This document shows positions 1 to 7,562 of a DNA stretch of 13,076 nt, piece after piece (within the stretch, counting starts at the first letter, position 1; each line of letters begins with the position of its first letter). The notes below the pieces were generated by a model, which had not been told where the DNA came from, did no database searches, and saw only the letters and a list, made by a program, of their open reading frames with translations. Source of the DNA: Campylobacterales bacterium (GTDB lineage: Bacteria; Campylobacterota; Campylobacteria; Campylobacterales; UBA6016); NCBI GenBank assembly GCA_036574095.1, contig JAINCO010000083.1, forward strand, positions 1 through 13,076. Reading direction: 5' to 3'. The position numbers and the translations under genes were made by a program.

Positions 1-661
1 CGACAATGCCGCTTGTTCCCTCGCGGCGCTTAAGCTCTTCTTTGAGGCGCTCAAATGGTATGCCATGCCAAGCCAAAGCAACTGTGAGATGAAACAAAAG
101 ATCAGCTCCCTCATAGATAATCTGCGCTTCATCATTTTCTTTAGAGGCAAGCAAAAATTCTCCAGCCTCTTCGGCAATCTTTTTAAGAATCGTATTCTGT
201 CCCTTCGAGAAAAGTTTTGCTGTGTAGCTTTGGGCAGGATCGGCGAATCTGCGCTCTCGAAGGGTATTATACAGATGATCGAGAATATCGTAGCGCTCAC
301 TCATTGACACAATAGGCTCTCTTGCAATCTCACCTGTCTCAACTCGCTCAAAAAAGCAGCTCATGCGCCCGGTATGACAAGCTGGGCCATGCTGGCGCAC
401 CTTTAAAAGAACCGCATCTTGATCGCAATCAAGCCAAATCTCATCAACCTCTTGAATATGCCCGCTGCTCTCTCCCTTCATCCAAAGTTTTTTTCGACTG
501 CGAGAGTAGTAGTGGGCCTTACCCGTGGCCAATGTCGCCTCTAAGGCTGCTCTATCCATCCAGGCGATCATCAACACCTCACCGCTACTGCTCTCTTGGG
601 CTACAGCAGCGATAAGAGGGGTTGCCTCCCAGTTAATACGATCGATGATTGCAGGATTCAT
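1..661 (-). CDS. hisIE: Bifunctional phosphoribosyl-AMP cyclohydrolase / phosphoribosyl-ATP pyrophosphatase (HisIE), N-terminal ~220 codons; start codon ATG at 659-661 (complement). The ORF continues past position 1, so the C-terminus is outside the window.
   Basis: I translated the minus strand by hand from the ATG at 659-661: MNPAIIDRINWEATPLIAAVAQESSSGEVLMIAWMDRAALEATLATGKAHYYSRSRKKLWMKGESSGHIQEVDEIWLDCDQDAVLLKVRQHGPACHTGRMSCFFERV... These are classic HisI motifs (SRSR..LW.KGE.SG, D.D, CHTG...SCF). It continues ...RFADPAQSYTAKLFSKGQNTILKKIAEEAGEFLLASKEND..., the HisE pyrophosphatase signature. It is missing from the ORF track only because there is no stop inside the window. The ATG overlaps the stop of the upstream SPFH gene (ATGA). 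Confidence 0.85.
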   Translation of the reverse strand, partial: MNPAIIDRINWEATPLIAAVAQESSSGEVLMIAWMDRAALEATLATGKAHYYSRSRKKLWMKGESSGHIQEVDEIWLDCDQDAVLLKVRQHGPACHTGRMSCFFERVETGEIAREPIVSMSERYDILDHLYNTLRERRFADPAQSYTAKLFSKGQNTILKKIAEEAGEFLLASKENDEAQIIYEGADLLFHLTVALAWHGIPFERLKEELKRREGTSGIV

Positions 662-1686
662 TGGCCCTCTTTAGAACTGATGCGCTCTTTTTCGTTGGTA
701 CCCTTCATATCGACCCAGATATTAGGAACGGCACCACCAGGCGTGAGGAAGATTTTGGCGTCACGGTTTTGACTGAGTGCTTCATTGAATTTTTGCTGAG
801 CCTCAATCTGCTTGAGCTTGATGAGGTTGGCATTGAGCGATTTTGCGATCAATTCATTGGCTTTGGCTTCACCCTCGGCGCGAATCTTGGCTGCATCAGC
901 GATACCTTGTGCCTCGATACGGCGGCTCTCGGCAACTTGTTTGGCTTTCTCAACCTCATATTTGGCTTTTTCCGCCTCTTGGTTGGCAATCTGAACCCGT
1001 TCAATCTGTTCACGAACCTTTTCAGGTAGGGCGATATTGCGAAGCTGAACAGAGATAAGATTGATGGGTTGACCTTCGATGCGATTAATCGCGCGCACCA
1101 ATCCTTCGGTGATCAGCTGGGCAATAGTATTGCGCTTGACAGGAAGCTCTTCGGCAGTGAAGTTACCGATGACACTGCGTACAACATCGCGAGCAGCAGG
1201 ATTGATGACCTTATCCTCCCAGTTCAGGCCAAGCGTTGCAATAGCCATGGGGGCTGAGGCAGCTTTGATCGCATACTGAACAGTAAGTTCAACCTCAACA
1301 GGAAGGCCGCGCGAATCGAGTACTGAGATAGGGGAAAATTGGGTAATCCCTTTGCGATCGATCGCTTGTTCTTCTTTATTGTAGTCAACGATACGCATCT
1401 TCGTATCGACAATAATGACGCGTTGAACAAAAGGAATAATGAGGTGAAAACCTGGCTCCATGGGGGTCTGCTCATATTTACCCATTGTTACAAGAATTCC
1501 AACCTCACCTGAGTTGATGATGACAAAGGGACGAGCAATGATCGTGATAAACAAAAGTGCGATGACTAAGTAGATTAAGCCTGCTTTTTTGCCAAAATTT
1601 TTGATAAAATCTGGGGTTGGCGGGGGAGTGAAGCGGGAGTTGTTATCACGACCACCACCCATGTAATCTTTCATATCGACTGCCAT
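658..1686 (-). CDS. SPFH / band-7 domain membrane protein (prohibitin / HflC-HflK-like), 342 aa
   Basis: The 342-aa ORF has an N-terminal hydrophobic helix (GLIYLVIALLFITIIARPFVII), an SPFH-domain core (EVGILVTMGKYE...GFHLIIPFVQRVIIVDTKMRIVDY...) and an Ala/Glu/Lys-rich C-terminal coiled coil (IANQEAEKAKYEVEKAKQVAESRRIEAQGIADAAKIRAEGEAKA) typical of the stomatin/prohibitin/HflKC family. A GGTGA Shine-Dalgarno lies 5 nt upstream of the ATG at 1684-1686. That ATG overlaps the ilvE stop (TAATG). Confidence 0.85.
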   Translation of the reverse strand: MAVDMKDYMGGGRDNNSRFTPPPTPDFIKNFGKKAGLIYLVIALLFITIIARPFVIINSGEVGILVTMGKYEQTPMEPGFHLIIPFVQRVIIVDTKMRIVDYNKEEQAIDRKGITQFSPISVLDSRGLPVEVELTVQYAIKAASAPMAIATLGLNWEDKVINPAARDVVRSVIGNFTAEELPVKRNTIAQLITEGLVRAINRIEGQPINLISVQLRNIALPEKVREQIERVQIANQEAEKAKYEVEKAKQVAESRRIEAQGIADAAKIRAEGEAKANELIAKSLNANLIKLKQIEAQQKFNEALSQNRDAKIFLTPGGAVPNIWVDMKGTNEKERISSKEGQ

Positions 1687-2606
1687 TAGATCACCGTTAG
1701 ATAGTGGAGATATTTAGGGTTACGACCATAAACAACATCAAAGTAGGCATTCTGGAGCTTTTCGGTGATAGGGCCGCGTCCTCCAGCACCCAGGGCGCGT
1801 GCATCAACTTCGCGAACGGGTGTTAATTCAGCTGCTGTTCCGGTCAAAAAGGCCTCATCAGCGATATAGATCTCCTCGCGACTAATTCGTCGACGAACAA
1901 CTTCGATGCCTAAATCATAGGCAAGTTCAATGACTGTTTTTTGTGTGATGCTCTCAAGGCTGTTGTCATTAGGAGGTGAGATTAATTTGCCCTCACGAAC
2001 CATAAAAAAGGCAGCACCACTTGCTTCAGCAACATACCCCTCATCATCAAGCAAAAGTGCCTCATCATAACCGCACTCAACGGCTTCATATTTGGCCATC
2101 TGGGAGTTAAGGTAGTTGGCGCTTGCCTTAGCTTTACCCATGTTGGATTTGTTGTTGGGTCGGCTAAAGGAGCTGATTTTGAGGCGAATCCCTTTTTTAA
2201 GTCCCTCTTCACCAAGATAGGCACCCCACTCCCACGCAGCGATCGCAACGCGTACCGGGGCATTTTTATGGTAAAGTCCCATGACACCATGTCCTAAGAA
2301 GACGATAGGACGGATATAGACATTGTCAGGTCCTGTAAAATTATTTTTGCGAAGGAGCTCAATTTGGGCTTGATTGAGCTCCTCGACACTATAAGGAACA
2401 TTGATGAGTGTGATCTTTGATGATTCGAGTAGCCGTTTTGTGTGATCGGTTAGGCGAAAGATCGCAAGTCCCTTGTCGGTATGGTAGGCCTTTGTTCCTT
2501 CGATGGCGGCATTACCATAGTGAAGTGAGTGTGAGAGGATATGGATATTGGCTTCATCCCAAGGAAGAAACGCTCCATCCATCCAGATATATTGTGCTTT
2601 TTTCAT
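1686..2606 (-). CDS. ilvE: Branched-chain amino acid aminotransferase (class IV PLP enzyme), 306 aa from the ATG at 2604-2606
   Basis: MKKAQYIWMDGAFLPWDEANIHILSHSLHYGNAAIEG...YIRPIVFLGHGVMGL...GYDEALLLDDEGYVAEASGAAFFMV...LTGTAAELTPVREVD... is the typical IlvE signature. An AGGA Shine-Dalgarno lies about 9 nt upstream of the ATG at 2604-2606. The track ORF extends a further 21 codons upstream (to 2669) with no ribosome-binding site, so I take that as read-through rather than coding. Confidence 0.9.
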   Translation of the reverse strand: MKKAQYIWMDGAFLPWDEANIHILSHSLHYGNAAIEGTKAYHTDKGLAIFRLTDHTKRLLESSKITLINVPYSVEELNQAQIELLRKNNFTGPDNVYIRPIVFLGHGVMGLYHKNAPVRVAIAAWEWGAYLGEEGLKKGIRLKISSFSRPNNKSNMGKAKASANYLNSQMAKYEAVECGYDEALLLDDEGYVAEASGAAFFMVREGKLISPPNDNSLESITQKTVIELAYDLGIEVVRRRISREEIYIADEAFLTGTAAELTPVREVDARALGAGGRGPITEKLQNAYFDVVYGRNPKYLHYLTVI

Positions 2607-2770
2607 AACGCTACATCCTGATGAGTTAAGATTGATGATCAAGTTAAAGAATAGGAGCCATTGTAACAAAGCTTATGTTAAGAGAGACTTTAGAGGAGCT
2701 CTTTTAGTGGAGTATAACGACTCTTGAGGCACAATAGAGATAAATTTTGAGGGTAACAAGGATATCATTG

Positions 2771-4189
2771 ATGGAACAAGCAGTAGTTTGGTTCGGATCA
2801 ACACCGATAGAGACCGGAGGCTGGAGGGAGGTTAGAAATCCCTATGATGGTAGTGTTGTTTCGAGGGTGGCCGTGTGCGATGAGGCATTGGCGGCTAAGG
2901 TTCTTGCCCATGCGGCGTGCGCGGCAGAGAGTGCCAGGAAGGTACCACTTTCGAGGCGAATTCTTTGGATGGAGGATGTGGCACAGAGGCTTTTGGAGGC
3001 TAAAGAGGAGTTTGCGCGAACGATCACGGCTGAAGTTGGCAAGCCTATCGCGTTGGCTCGCATTGAGGTTGATCGCGCCATTGAAACCTTGCGTCTATCG
3101 GCGATGGCAGCAGCGAACCTTACAGGCCATACAATTCCAACTGATATTATGCCAAGCGGACGCCAAACGATGAGCTTTTATCGTCGTGAGCCAGTTGGTG
3201 TTGTTGTGGCGATTACCCCCTTTAATTTTCCGCTCAACCTTGTTATGCACAAGGTAGCTCCAGCGCTTGCTACAGGCAATGCTGTTGTGCTCAAACCTGC
3301 CCCAGAAGCCCCGTTGACGGCCTATAAAATAGCAAAACTTTTTATCGAAAGCCCTTATGCAACCGCTGATGCCTTGTCGGTTCTCTATGGAGATGCGGAG
3401 GTTGGAAGTGTGCTTGTAACAAGCGATATTCCACGCGTGATTAGCTTTACAGGCTCTGTTCCGGTGGGCCGAATTATTATGAAGAGTGCGGGCATCAAGA
3501 AAGTCTCACTCGAGCTGGGTGGTAATGCGGCTACCTTTATCGATGCAACTGCCGATCTTGATCATGCAGCCAAACGGTGCGCGATTGGTGCTTTTAGTAA
3601 CTCTGGGCAGGTTTGTATTAGCTTGCAGCGCATCTATGTTCATGAGGGTGTATATGAGGCCTTTGCGGCGCGATTGGCACAAGAGAGTTTGAATCTTAAG
3701 GTGGGCTCTCCGTGGGATGAAGAGACATTTATTGGTCCATTAATCAATGACGAGGCGGCTGCGCGCGCGATGCGATGGATTCAGAGTGCTGTAAGTGAAG
3801 GGGCGCGCGTGGCCGTTGGCGGACATGCCGAGGGGGTGATGATGGTGCCCACGGTGATGGTTGATGTGCGCGATGATATGGCGATTGTGTGTGAGGAGGT
3901 CTTTGCGCCGATTGTCTCGCTTGTGAAGGTTGGCTCGTTTGATGAGGCTTTAGAGAAGATCAACAACTCCCCCTACGGTCTTCAGTACTCGATCTTTACG
4001 AACGATTTGAAGTTGGCAATGCGTGCTGTTGAGGAGTATCGCTGTGGCGGTGTTGTTGTGAATGATATCCCAACGCTTCGTTTTGATGTTCAGCCTTATG
4101 GCGGTGTCAAAGAGAGCGGCGTAGGGCGCGAGGGGCCATTGTTTGCCTGCGAGGAGTTTACCGAGATCAAATCTGTTATTTTTTGTTAA
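2771..4189 (+). CDS. NAD(P)+-dependent aldehyde dehydrogenase family protein, 472 aa; subfamily (GapN-like or semialdehyde dehydrogenase-like) not resolvable by eye
   Basis: ALDH hallmarks are present: the Rossmann segment ITPFNFPLNLVMHKVAPALATGNAVVLKPA, the general-base region VSLELGGNA, the catalytic Cys motif FSNSGQVCISLQRIYV, and the C-terminal GGVKESGVGREGPLFACEEFTEIKSV. The ATG at 2771 is preceded by AAGGA at 2757-2761. The track start at 2747 is a TTG with no ribosome-binding site. Confidence 0.85.
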   Translation: MEQAVVWFGSTPIETGGWREVRNPYDGSVVSRVAVCDEALAAKVLAHAACAAESARKVPLSRRILWMEDVAQRLLEAKEEFARTITAEVGKPIALARIEVDRAIETLRLSAMAAANLTGHTIPTDIMPSGRQTMSFYRREPVGVVVAITPFNFPLNLVMHKVAPALATGNAVVLKPAPEAPLTAYKIAKLFIESPYATADALSVLYGDAEVGSVLVTSDIPRVISFTGSVPVGRIIMKSAGIKKVSLELGGNAATFIDATADLDHAAKRCAIGAFSNSGQVCISLQRIYVHEGVYEAFAARLAQESLNLKVGSPWDEETFIGPLINDEAAARAMRWIQSAVSEGARVAVGGHAEGVMMVPTVMVDVRDDMAIVCEEVFAPIVSLVKVGSFDEALEKINNSPYGLQYSIFTNDLKLAMRAVEEYRCGGVVVNDIPTLRFDVQPYGGVKESGVGREGPLFACEEFTEIKSVIFC

Positions 4190-4196
4190 GAAATTT

Positions 4197-4205
4197 TGGT
4201 ATGAT
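4197..4205 (+). promoter_or_regulatory. Putative extended -10 promoter element (TGgTATGAT) for cheV
   Basis: TGGTATGAT lies at 4197-4205, about 30 nt upstream of the cheV ATG. This matches the TGnTAtaAT extended -10 type, which carries most promoter information in epsilonproteobacteria. No strong -35 is expected. Confidence 0.35.
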
Positions 4206-4234
4206 GTCATTAGCTAAACAAGGGGTATCTTTTT

Positions 4235-5155
4235 ATGGAAGGGACACTGACAAAGATTAATGCAATGACTCAGACCCATCTTAACAATGTCATGCAGATC
4301 ATGGCCTTCAGGCTTAATGATGGCGTGCTCTATGGAATTAATGTTGCCAAAATTAGATCTATTGAAGATTACACTAGGCTAAGATTGACAAGAAATCAGA
4401 TCCATACTGCAGATGTTCACCGTTTTCTTGAGGGGTTTATTCAGTATCACGGTACTATTGTCCCGCTTCTCAATCTTGAGTGCTGGCTTGGGATACAGTG
4501 TGATCAGTCGGTTTACACGGCGGTCATTGTGAGTGAATTTAACCGCCATATGATCAGTTTTCCAGTTTTGGAGATAGCTGCAATCTATAATATTCCTGTC
4601 GAGAAGCTGCATACAAGCCATGTTAATCGCGATCAGGTGACCTACTCAACGCTTCTAAAAACAGAACATAAACAAGAGGAGGTCTGTTATATCGTTGATG
4701 TCGAGAAGTTTTTATCTGAGATCTTTGATACGACAGCAGAGATAGCACATACCGAAAAATTGGCGGCTAAAAGCGCTCGAAAAGTTTTAATCGCAGAAGA
4801 TAGTAAAAGTGCCCAGTCAATTATTCGTCAAATCATGGCCATGAGCGATCTTGACTATGAGCTCTACGATAACGGTCGCCTGCTTTGTGATGCTCTTGAT
4901 GCACTTGATGAAGAGGGGCTAGCACATATAGGACTCGTCATTACTGATATCGAAATGCCTGTTATGGATGGTTTTCAGGTGATTAGCTGCATCAAAAAGA
5001 GTGCTCGCTTACGCCATCTGCCTATAGTAGTTAATACTAGTATGTCTAATGAAGGCATTGTAAAGAAGACGATGGAACTTGGTGCTTCTGGTTTTATTGC
5101 CAAAACTGATCCTGTTGCCTTTCTTGCCCAAATCGACAAACATTTGCTGAGGTAG
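4235..5155 (+). CDS. cheV: Chemotaxis coupling protein CheV (CheW-like domain fused to a C-terminal response-regulator receiver domain), 306 aa
   Basis: The N-terminal CheW-like domain reads ...LYGINVAKIRSIEDYTRLRL...VIVSEFNRHMISFPVLEIAAIYNIPVEKL. The C-terminal receiver domain has an acidic pocket (KVLIAEDSKS), a phospho-acceptor Asp in GLVITDIEMPVMDG, a conserved Thr/Ser (VVNTSMS) and a Lys (GFIAKTDP). This is the CheV architecture characteristic of Campylobacter and Helicobacter. The true start could instead be the in-frame ATG 10 codons downstream (4265). Confidence 0.85.
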   Translation: MEGTLTKINAMTQTHLNNVMQIMAFRLNDGVLYGINVAKIRSIEDYTRLRLTRNQIHTADVHRFLEGFIQYHGTIVPLLNLECWLGIQCDQSVYTAVIVSEFNRHMISFPVLEIAAIYNIPVEKLHTSHVNRDQVTYSTLLKTEHKQEEVCYIVDVEKFLSEIFDTTAEIAHTEKLAAKSARKVLIAEDSKSAQSIIRQIMAMSDLDYELYDNGRLLCDALDALDEEGLAHIGLVITDIEMPVMDGFQVISCIKKSARLRHLPIVVNTSMSNEGIVKKTMELGASGFIAKTDPVAFLAQIDKHLLR

Positions 5156-5384
5156 CCCACATTTACATTTGTCTGCATTCTGCCAGCTAGGGATAAAGTT
5201 CGGGCCAACATTGTATTTGATAATAAAATGAAAAGTATCAGTGAAGTTAAAAATGACTCCGATCCCTTTTACATGACCCTTTTACATCTTAGTGGTCAAC
5301 TTTGGTAGAGGAGAGCATAGAAGGGTAACATGAACAATGATGGTTTTAGTTTGTACTTTTTAGGAAAATGTAAGAGATATTCGT

Positions 5385-5407
5385 CTCCCCGGTATGCGGC
5401 CGGGGAG
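5385..5407. terminator. GC-rich hairpin (CTCCCCGG-tatgcgg-CCGGGGAG) in the convergent cheV/ccoG intergenic region; candidate bidirectional terminator
   Basis: A perfect 8-bp GC-rich inverted repeat spans 5385-5392 and 5400-5407 with a 7-nt loop. It sits 11 nt beyond the ccoG stop (5419-5421, minus strand). On the plus strand it is followed by GTGTGTATGGTTTATTTG, which is moderately T-rich. There is no clean U-tract on the ccoG side. Confidence 0.45.
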
Positions 5408-5418
5408 GTGTGTATGGT

Positions 5419-6819
5419 TTATTTGAGCTTGTCAGCTCGAGGATAGAAGAAGACTGCCTCTCGGCGTACAACGATCTTTTGTGGATCGTCAACCGCGTAC
5501 GCCTTGATCGTAATATCGATTGGCGTATCTTTTGATGCATTATTTGCCAATTTTTCCTGTGTGGAGAGGATAACAATTTTTTTGCTCTTTTCTCCAGCTT
5601 TGAGCTTAAAGGGCGCTGCGGGTCGCTCGACCTTGATGGCAGGATGACTCTCGACAGTGAAGGTGTAGGTGTGATCCTTGCTGTCGGTATTTTGGAAGAG
5701 GAAGATATAGCTATTTGTAACAACATTACCCTCTTTGATTTGATAGAGCTCGCTACCACGGTTGATATTAAGAAGCATATGCTCTTTTTTGCTGCCCATA
5801 ATCAGAAGTGCGACGAATGAAGCAGCCAAGATAGCAGCATAGATGATTGTGCGTGGACGAATATAGCGAACTTTATTTCCTTCAGCTGTAGCAGTTGTAC
5901 TCGACCAGTTAACCAATGATGGCTTGTTAAAGCTTGCCATGACTTTGGTACAGGCATCGACACACTCAAGACAGTTGATACACTCAAGCTGAAGACCTTT
6001 GCGGATGTCGATATGGGTCGGGCAGACTTTAACGCAGGCTTCACAACCTGTACACTCTCCCTCCCAACCTTTTGACCAGATATACTCTCCATCTTTTGTA
6101 TAGACATTACCACCACGCCCAGTATCGTAGATCGCCATGATCGTATCGTTATCGTACATAACTGACTGGATACGAACATATGGGCAGATATAGGTACAGA
6201 AGTTCTCTTTAAGACCGATCACATCATAAATCAGAAAGCCAGTCAACACGAGAATAAAACCGATTAGGACAGTATGCTCCATCGGATCGAGGATATAGAC
6301 AAAGAAATCCTCCGGTGGTACGAAATACCACATAAAGTTACTTGCAGCGATCAATGAGAGAAGTGACCAGATCAAGATCGCAATGACCCGTTTGACCTTA
6401 TTTTCGGGTTTGCTCCAGTCAGGTTCAATCTGTTTGTTATCGATGCGTTTGCGTAGCCCAACCAATTTTGTTTCAATAAGGTCGCGATAGATAACGCGGA
6501 AAATCGTCTGTGGACAGAGCCATCCACACCAGACACGCCCTCCAAGTGCCGTCATCAGAAAGATTGAGACAAAGAGAATGATAATCAAAAATGGCATTAG
6601 GTAGAACTCTTGCATATCAAAAGCTATACCCAGCAAATGGAGTTGCTTGTGGTCAAATGAGAGAAGAAAGAGATGATTGCCATTGATGGTGATAAATGGC
6701 GCGATTAACACAAAAAGTGTTACAATGGCAAAAAACCAGTAACGTTTGATACGATACGGTGTCCAGTTTTTGAGATACTCGGAGGCCTTGAGCCTTCCGC
6801 TGCTTGTCTCTTTAGCCAT
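5419..6819 (-). CDS. ccoG: Cytochrome cbb3 oxidase accessory protein CcoG/FixG (membrane polyferredoxin, cupric reductase family), 466 aa
   Basis: N-terminal transmembrane segments carry the GRVWCGWLCPQT motif. Two 4Fe-4S ferredoxin motifs are present: CTGCEACVKVCPTHIDIR and CINCLECVDACTKV. A further transmembrane helix is followed by a ~130-aa C-terminal beta-rich domain. This is the CcoG/FixG/RdxA architecture, and the size is right for CcoG rather than NapH. A strong Shine-Dalgarno (AAAAAGGAGAAGCCTAATG) precedes the start, and the ATG overlaps the stop of the upstream recombinase-like gene (TAATG). Confidence 0.9.
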   Translation of the reverse strand: MAKETSSGRLKASEYLKNWTPYRIKRYWFFAIVTLFVLIAPFITINGNHLFLLSFDHKQLHLLGIAFDMQEFYLMPFLIIILFVSIFLMTALGGRVWCGWLCPQTIFRVIYRDLIETKLVGLRKRIDNKQIEPDWSKPENKVKRVIAILIWSLLSLIAASNFMWYFVPPEDFFVYILDPMEHTVLIGFILVLTGFLIYDVIGLKENFCTYICPYVRIQSVMYDNDTIMAIYDTGRGGNVYTKDGEYIWSKGWEGECTGCEACVKVCPTHIDIRKGLQLECINCLECVDACTKVMASFNKPSLVNWSSTTATAEGNKVRYIRPRTIIYAAILAASFVALLIMGSKKEHMLLNINRGSELYQIKEGNVVTNSYIFLFQNTDSKDHTYTFTVESHPAIKVERPAAPFKLKAGEKSKKIVILSTQEKLANNASKDTPIDITIKAYAVDDPQKIVVRREAVFFYPRADKLK

Positions 6820-7502
6820 TAGGCTTCTCCTTTTTTAAGATTGTGTTGTGTTAAGACATCTTCTAAGGGGCACTCTTGCTCTGTGCTATCGGAAAGAGGC
6901 ATGGCTGTTGGGTCAGAGTGTTGATTCGATGCGAGTTTAGCCGCTATCTCCTTAAGATTTCTTGATACAATATAATCGTTTAAGGAGCTTCTTGGAACAC
7001 CCAGAGCTTGGGCGATACGGGTGACACTCTCCCCTTCACAGAGGCGTTTGATGATCTCGGCACGTGAGTTATCAAATTGCGACCCTGAGGTACTTCCTTT
7101 AGGACGACCCACAGAGGGAGCTTCTTGCCTTACTTCTTCTCTTAGCTCAGCCAGAAGTCCCAATAGGGCACCTGCTGGATCAGAAGCACGCAAGATGAGG
7201 GCTCTTTTGGCCAAGTGAAGTGTGACACTTTTACTCATCATGCACGAGAGTGTTTTCACAAGCTCATCAATGCGTCGAGAAAGGACCCAAAAATCGTAGA
7301 TGATTAAGGTTTCTCCTCCTGTCAGTGATTGAAGGAAGTCAAGTAATTTGGGGCGATCCTCTAATTTTTTCTTGACCGGCGAGTTCTCGGTAGCGTAGCG
7401 TTCGATCACCAAATTGTTCGCCACAGCATACGTAAGGATCACCTCTTCTTGTTCTTTGGCAGATACCAGTTTGCTTGCTGAACGAAGTAGTGCTATTGTC
7501 AT
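6819..7502 (-). CDS. Serine-recombinase (resolvase/invertase)-family protein with a C-terminal HTH and apparently degenerate catalytic residues, ~227 aa from the ATG at 7500-7502; possibly a domesticated DNA-binding regulator co-transcribed with ccoG
   Basis: Read from M29 of the track ORF, the protein is MTIALLRSASKLVSAKEQEEV...EDRPKLLDFLQSLTGGETLIIYDFWVLSRRIDELVKTL...GRPKGSTSGSQFDNSRAEIIKRLCEGESVTRIAQALGVPRSSLNDYI. By eye this aligns along its length with gamma-delta resolvase and Hin (SDRKGL, GDVILVKKLDRLGR, and the C-terminal HTH GRLGGRP...GIGVSTLYRYF). Resolvase Tyr6, Asp67 and Arg68 align with Leu, Trp and Val here, so the protein is probably catalytically inactive. The first 28 codons of the track ORF (TTG start at 7586) read as hydrophobic junk (KKIFLTILLTLVLTF) and come from translating an AT-rich promoter region. 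Confidence 0.6.
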   Translation of the reverse strand: MTIALLRSASKLVSAKEQEEVILTYAVANNLVIERYATENSPVKKKLEDRPKLLDFLQSLTGGETLIIYDFWVLSRRIDELVKTLSCMMSKSVTLHLAKRALILRASDPAGALLGLLAELREEVRQEAPSVGRPKGSTSGSQFDNSRAEIIKRLCEGESVTRIAQALGVPRSSLNDYIVSRNLKEIAAKLASNQHSDPTAMPLSDSTEQECPLEDVLTQHNLKKGEA

Positions 7503-7509
7503 GACGGGA

Positions 7510-7538
7510 ATTTTAGCACGATTAACGATAAAAGTCAA
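7510..7538 (-). promoter_or_regulatory. Sigma70-like promoter for the recombinase-like gene: -35 TTGACT (7533-7538, complement), 17-bp spacer, -10 TAAAAT (7510-7515, complement). It predicts a leaderless or near-leaderless mRNA.
   Basis: The minus strand reads TTGACT-TTTATCGTTAATCGTGC-TAAAAT-TCCCGTC-ATG. The predicted transcription start falls at or next to the ATG at 7500-7502, and there is no Shine-Dalgarno between the -10 and the ATG. Confidence 0.35.
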
Positions 7539-7562
7539 TACTAACGTCAATAAAATCGTCAA
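7533..7562. repeat. Three direct repeats of (C)GTCAA(T/A)A at exact 12-bp spacing (plus-strand GTCAA at 7534, 7546, 7558; TTGAC(G/T) on the minus strand) in the divergent intergenic region between the recombinase-like gene and bcp
   Basis: The plus strand reads aaaGTCAATActaaCGTCAATAaaatCGTCAAaAatat. The proximal copy doubles as the -35 hexamer of the minus-strand promoter. The array looks iteron-like or operator-like. Confidence 0.5.

Noticed and set aside
65-615. Plus-strand ORFs 65-307 and 322-615 from the track
   Set aside because: They lie antisense to the hisIE reading frame, which has strong, continuous HisI/HisE motifs, and they have no ribosome-binding sites. I treat them as antisense artefacts.
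649-1475. Track ORFs 649-1029(+), 812-994(+), 843-1058(+), 1069-1279(+), 1224-1475(-)
   Set aside because: All overlap the well-supported SPFH-domain CDS in other frames or on the other strand. Their sequences are low-complexity or Leu/Ser/Arg-rich with no recognisable motifs.
2632-2642. The 5-1-5 palindrome TTGATGATCAA upstream of ilvE as a regulator site
   Set aside because: Palindromes of this length are expected about ten times by chance in 13 kb, and I saw no supporting context or repetition.
2607-2669. The 21-codon N-terminal extension of ilvE in the track ORF (MLQWLLFFNLIINLNSSGCSV)
   Set aside because: It has no ribosome-binding site and is hydrophobic junk. The internal ATG at 2604-2606 has an AGGA Shine-Dalgarno and gives a canonical IlvE N-terminus (MKKAQYIWMDG).
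2747-2770. The TTG-initiated 8-codon extension of the aldehyde dehydrogenase
   Set aside because: AAGGA at 2757-2761 sits inside it and is correctly spaced for the ATG at 2771. The extension itself has no Shine-Dalgarno.
5346-6179. Minus-strand ORFs 5346-5759 and 5802-6179
   Set aside because: They overlap ccoG in alternative frames. Their sequences are Ser/Arg/Leu-rich with no motifs. The ccoG frame has unambiguous ferredoxin motifs.
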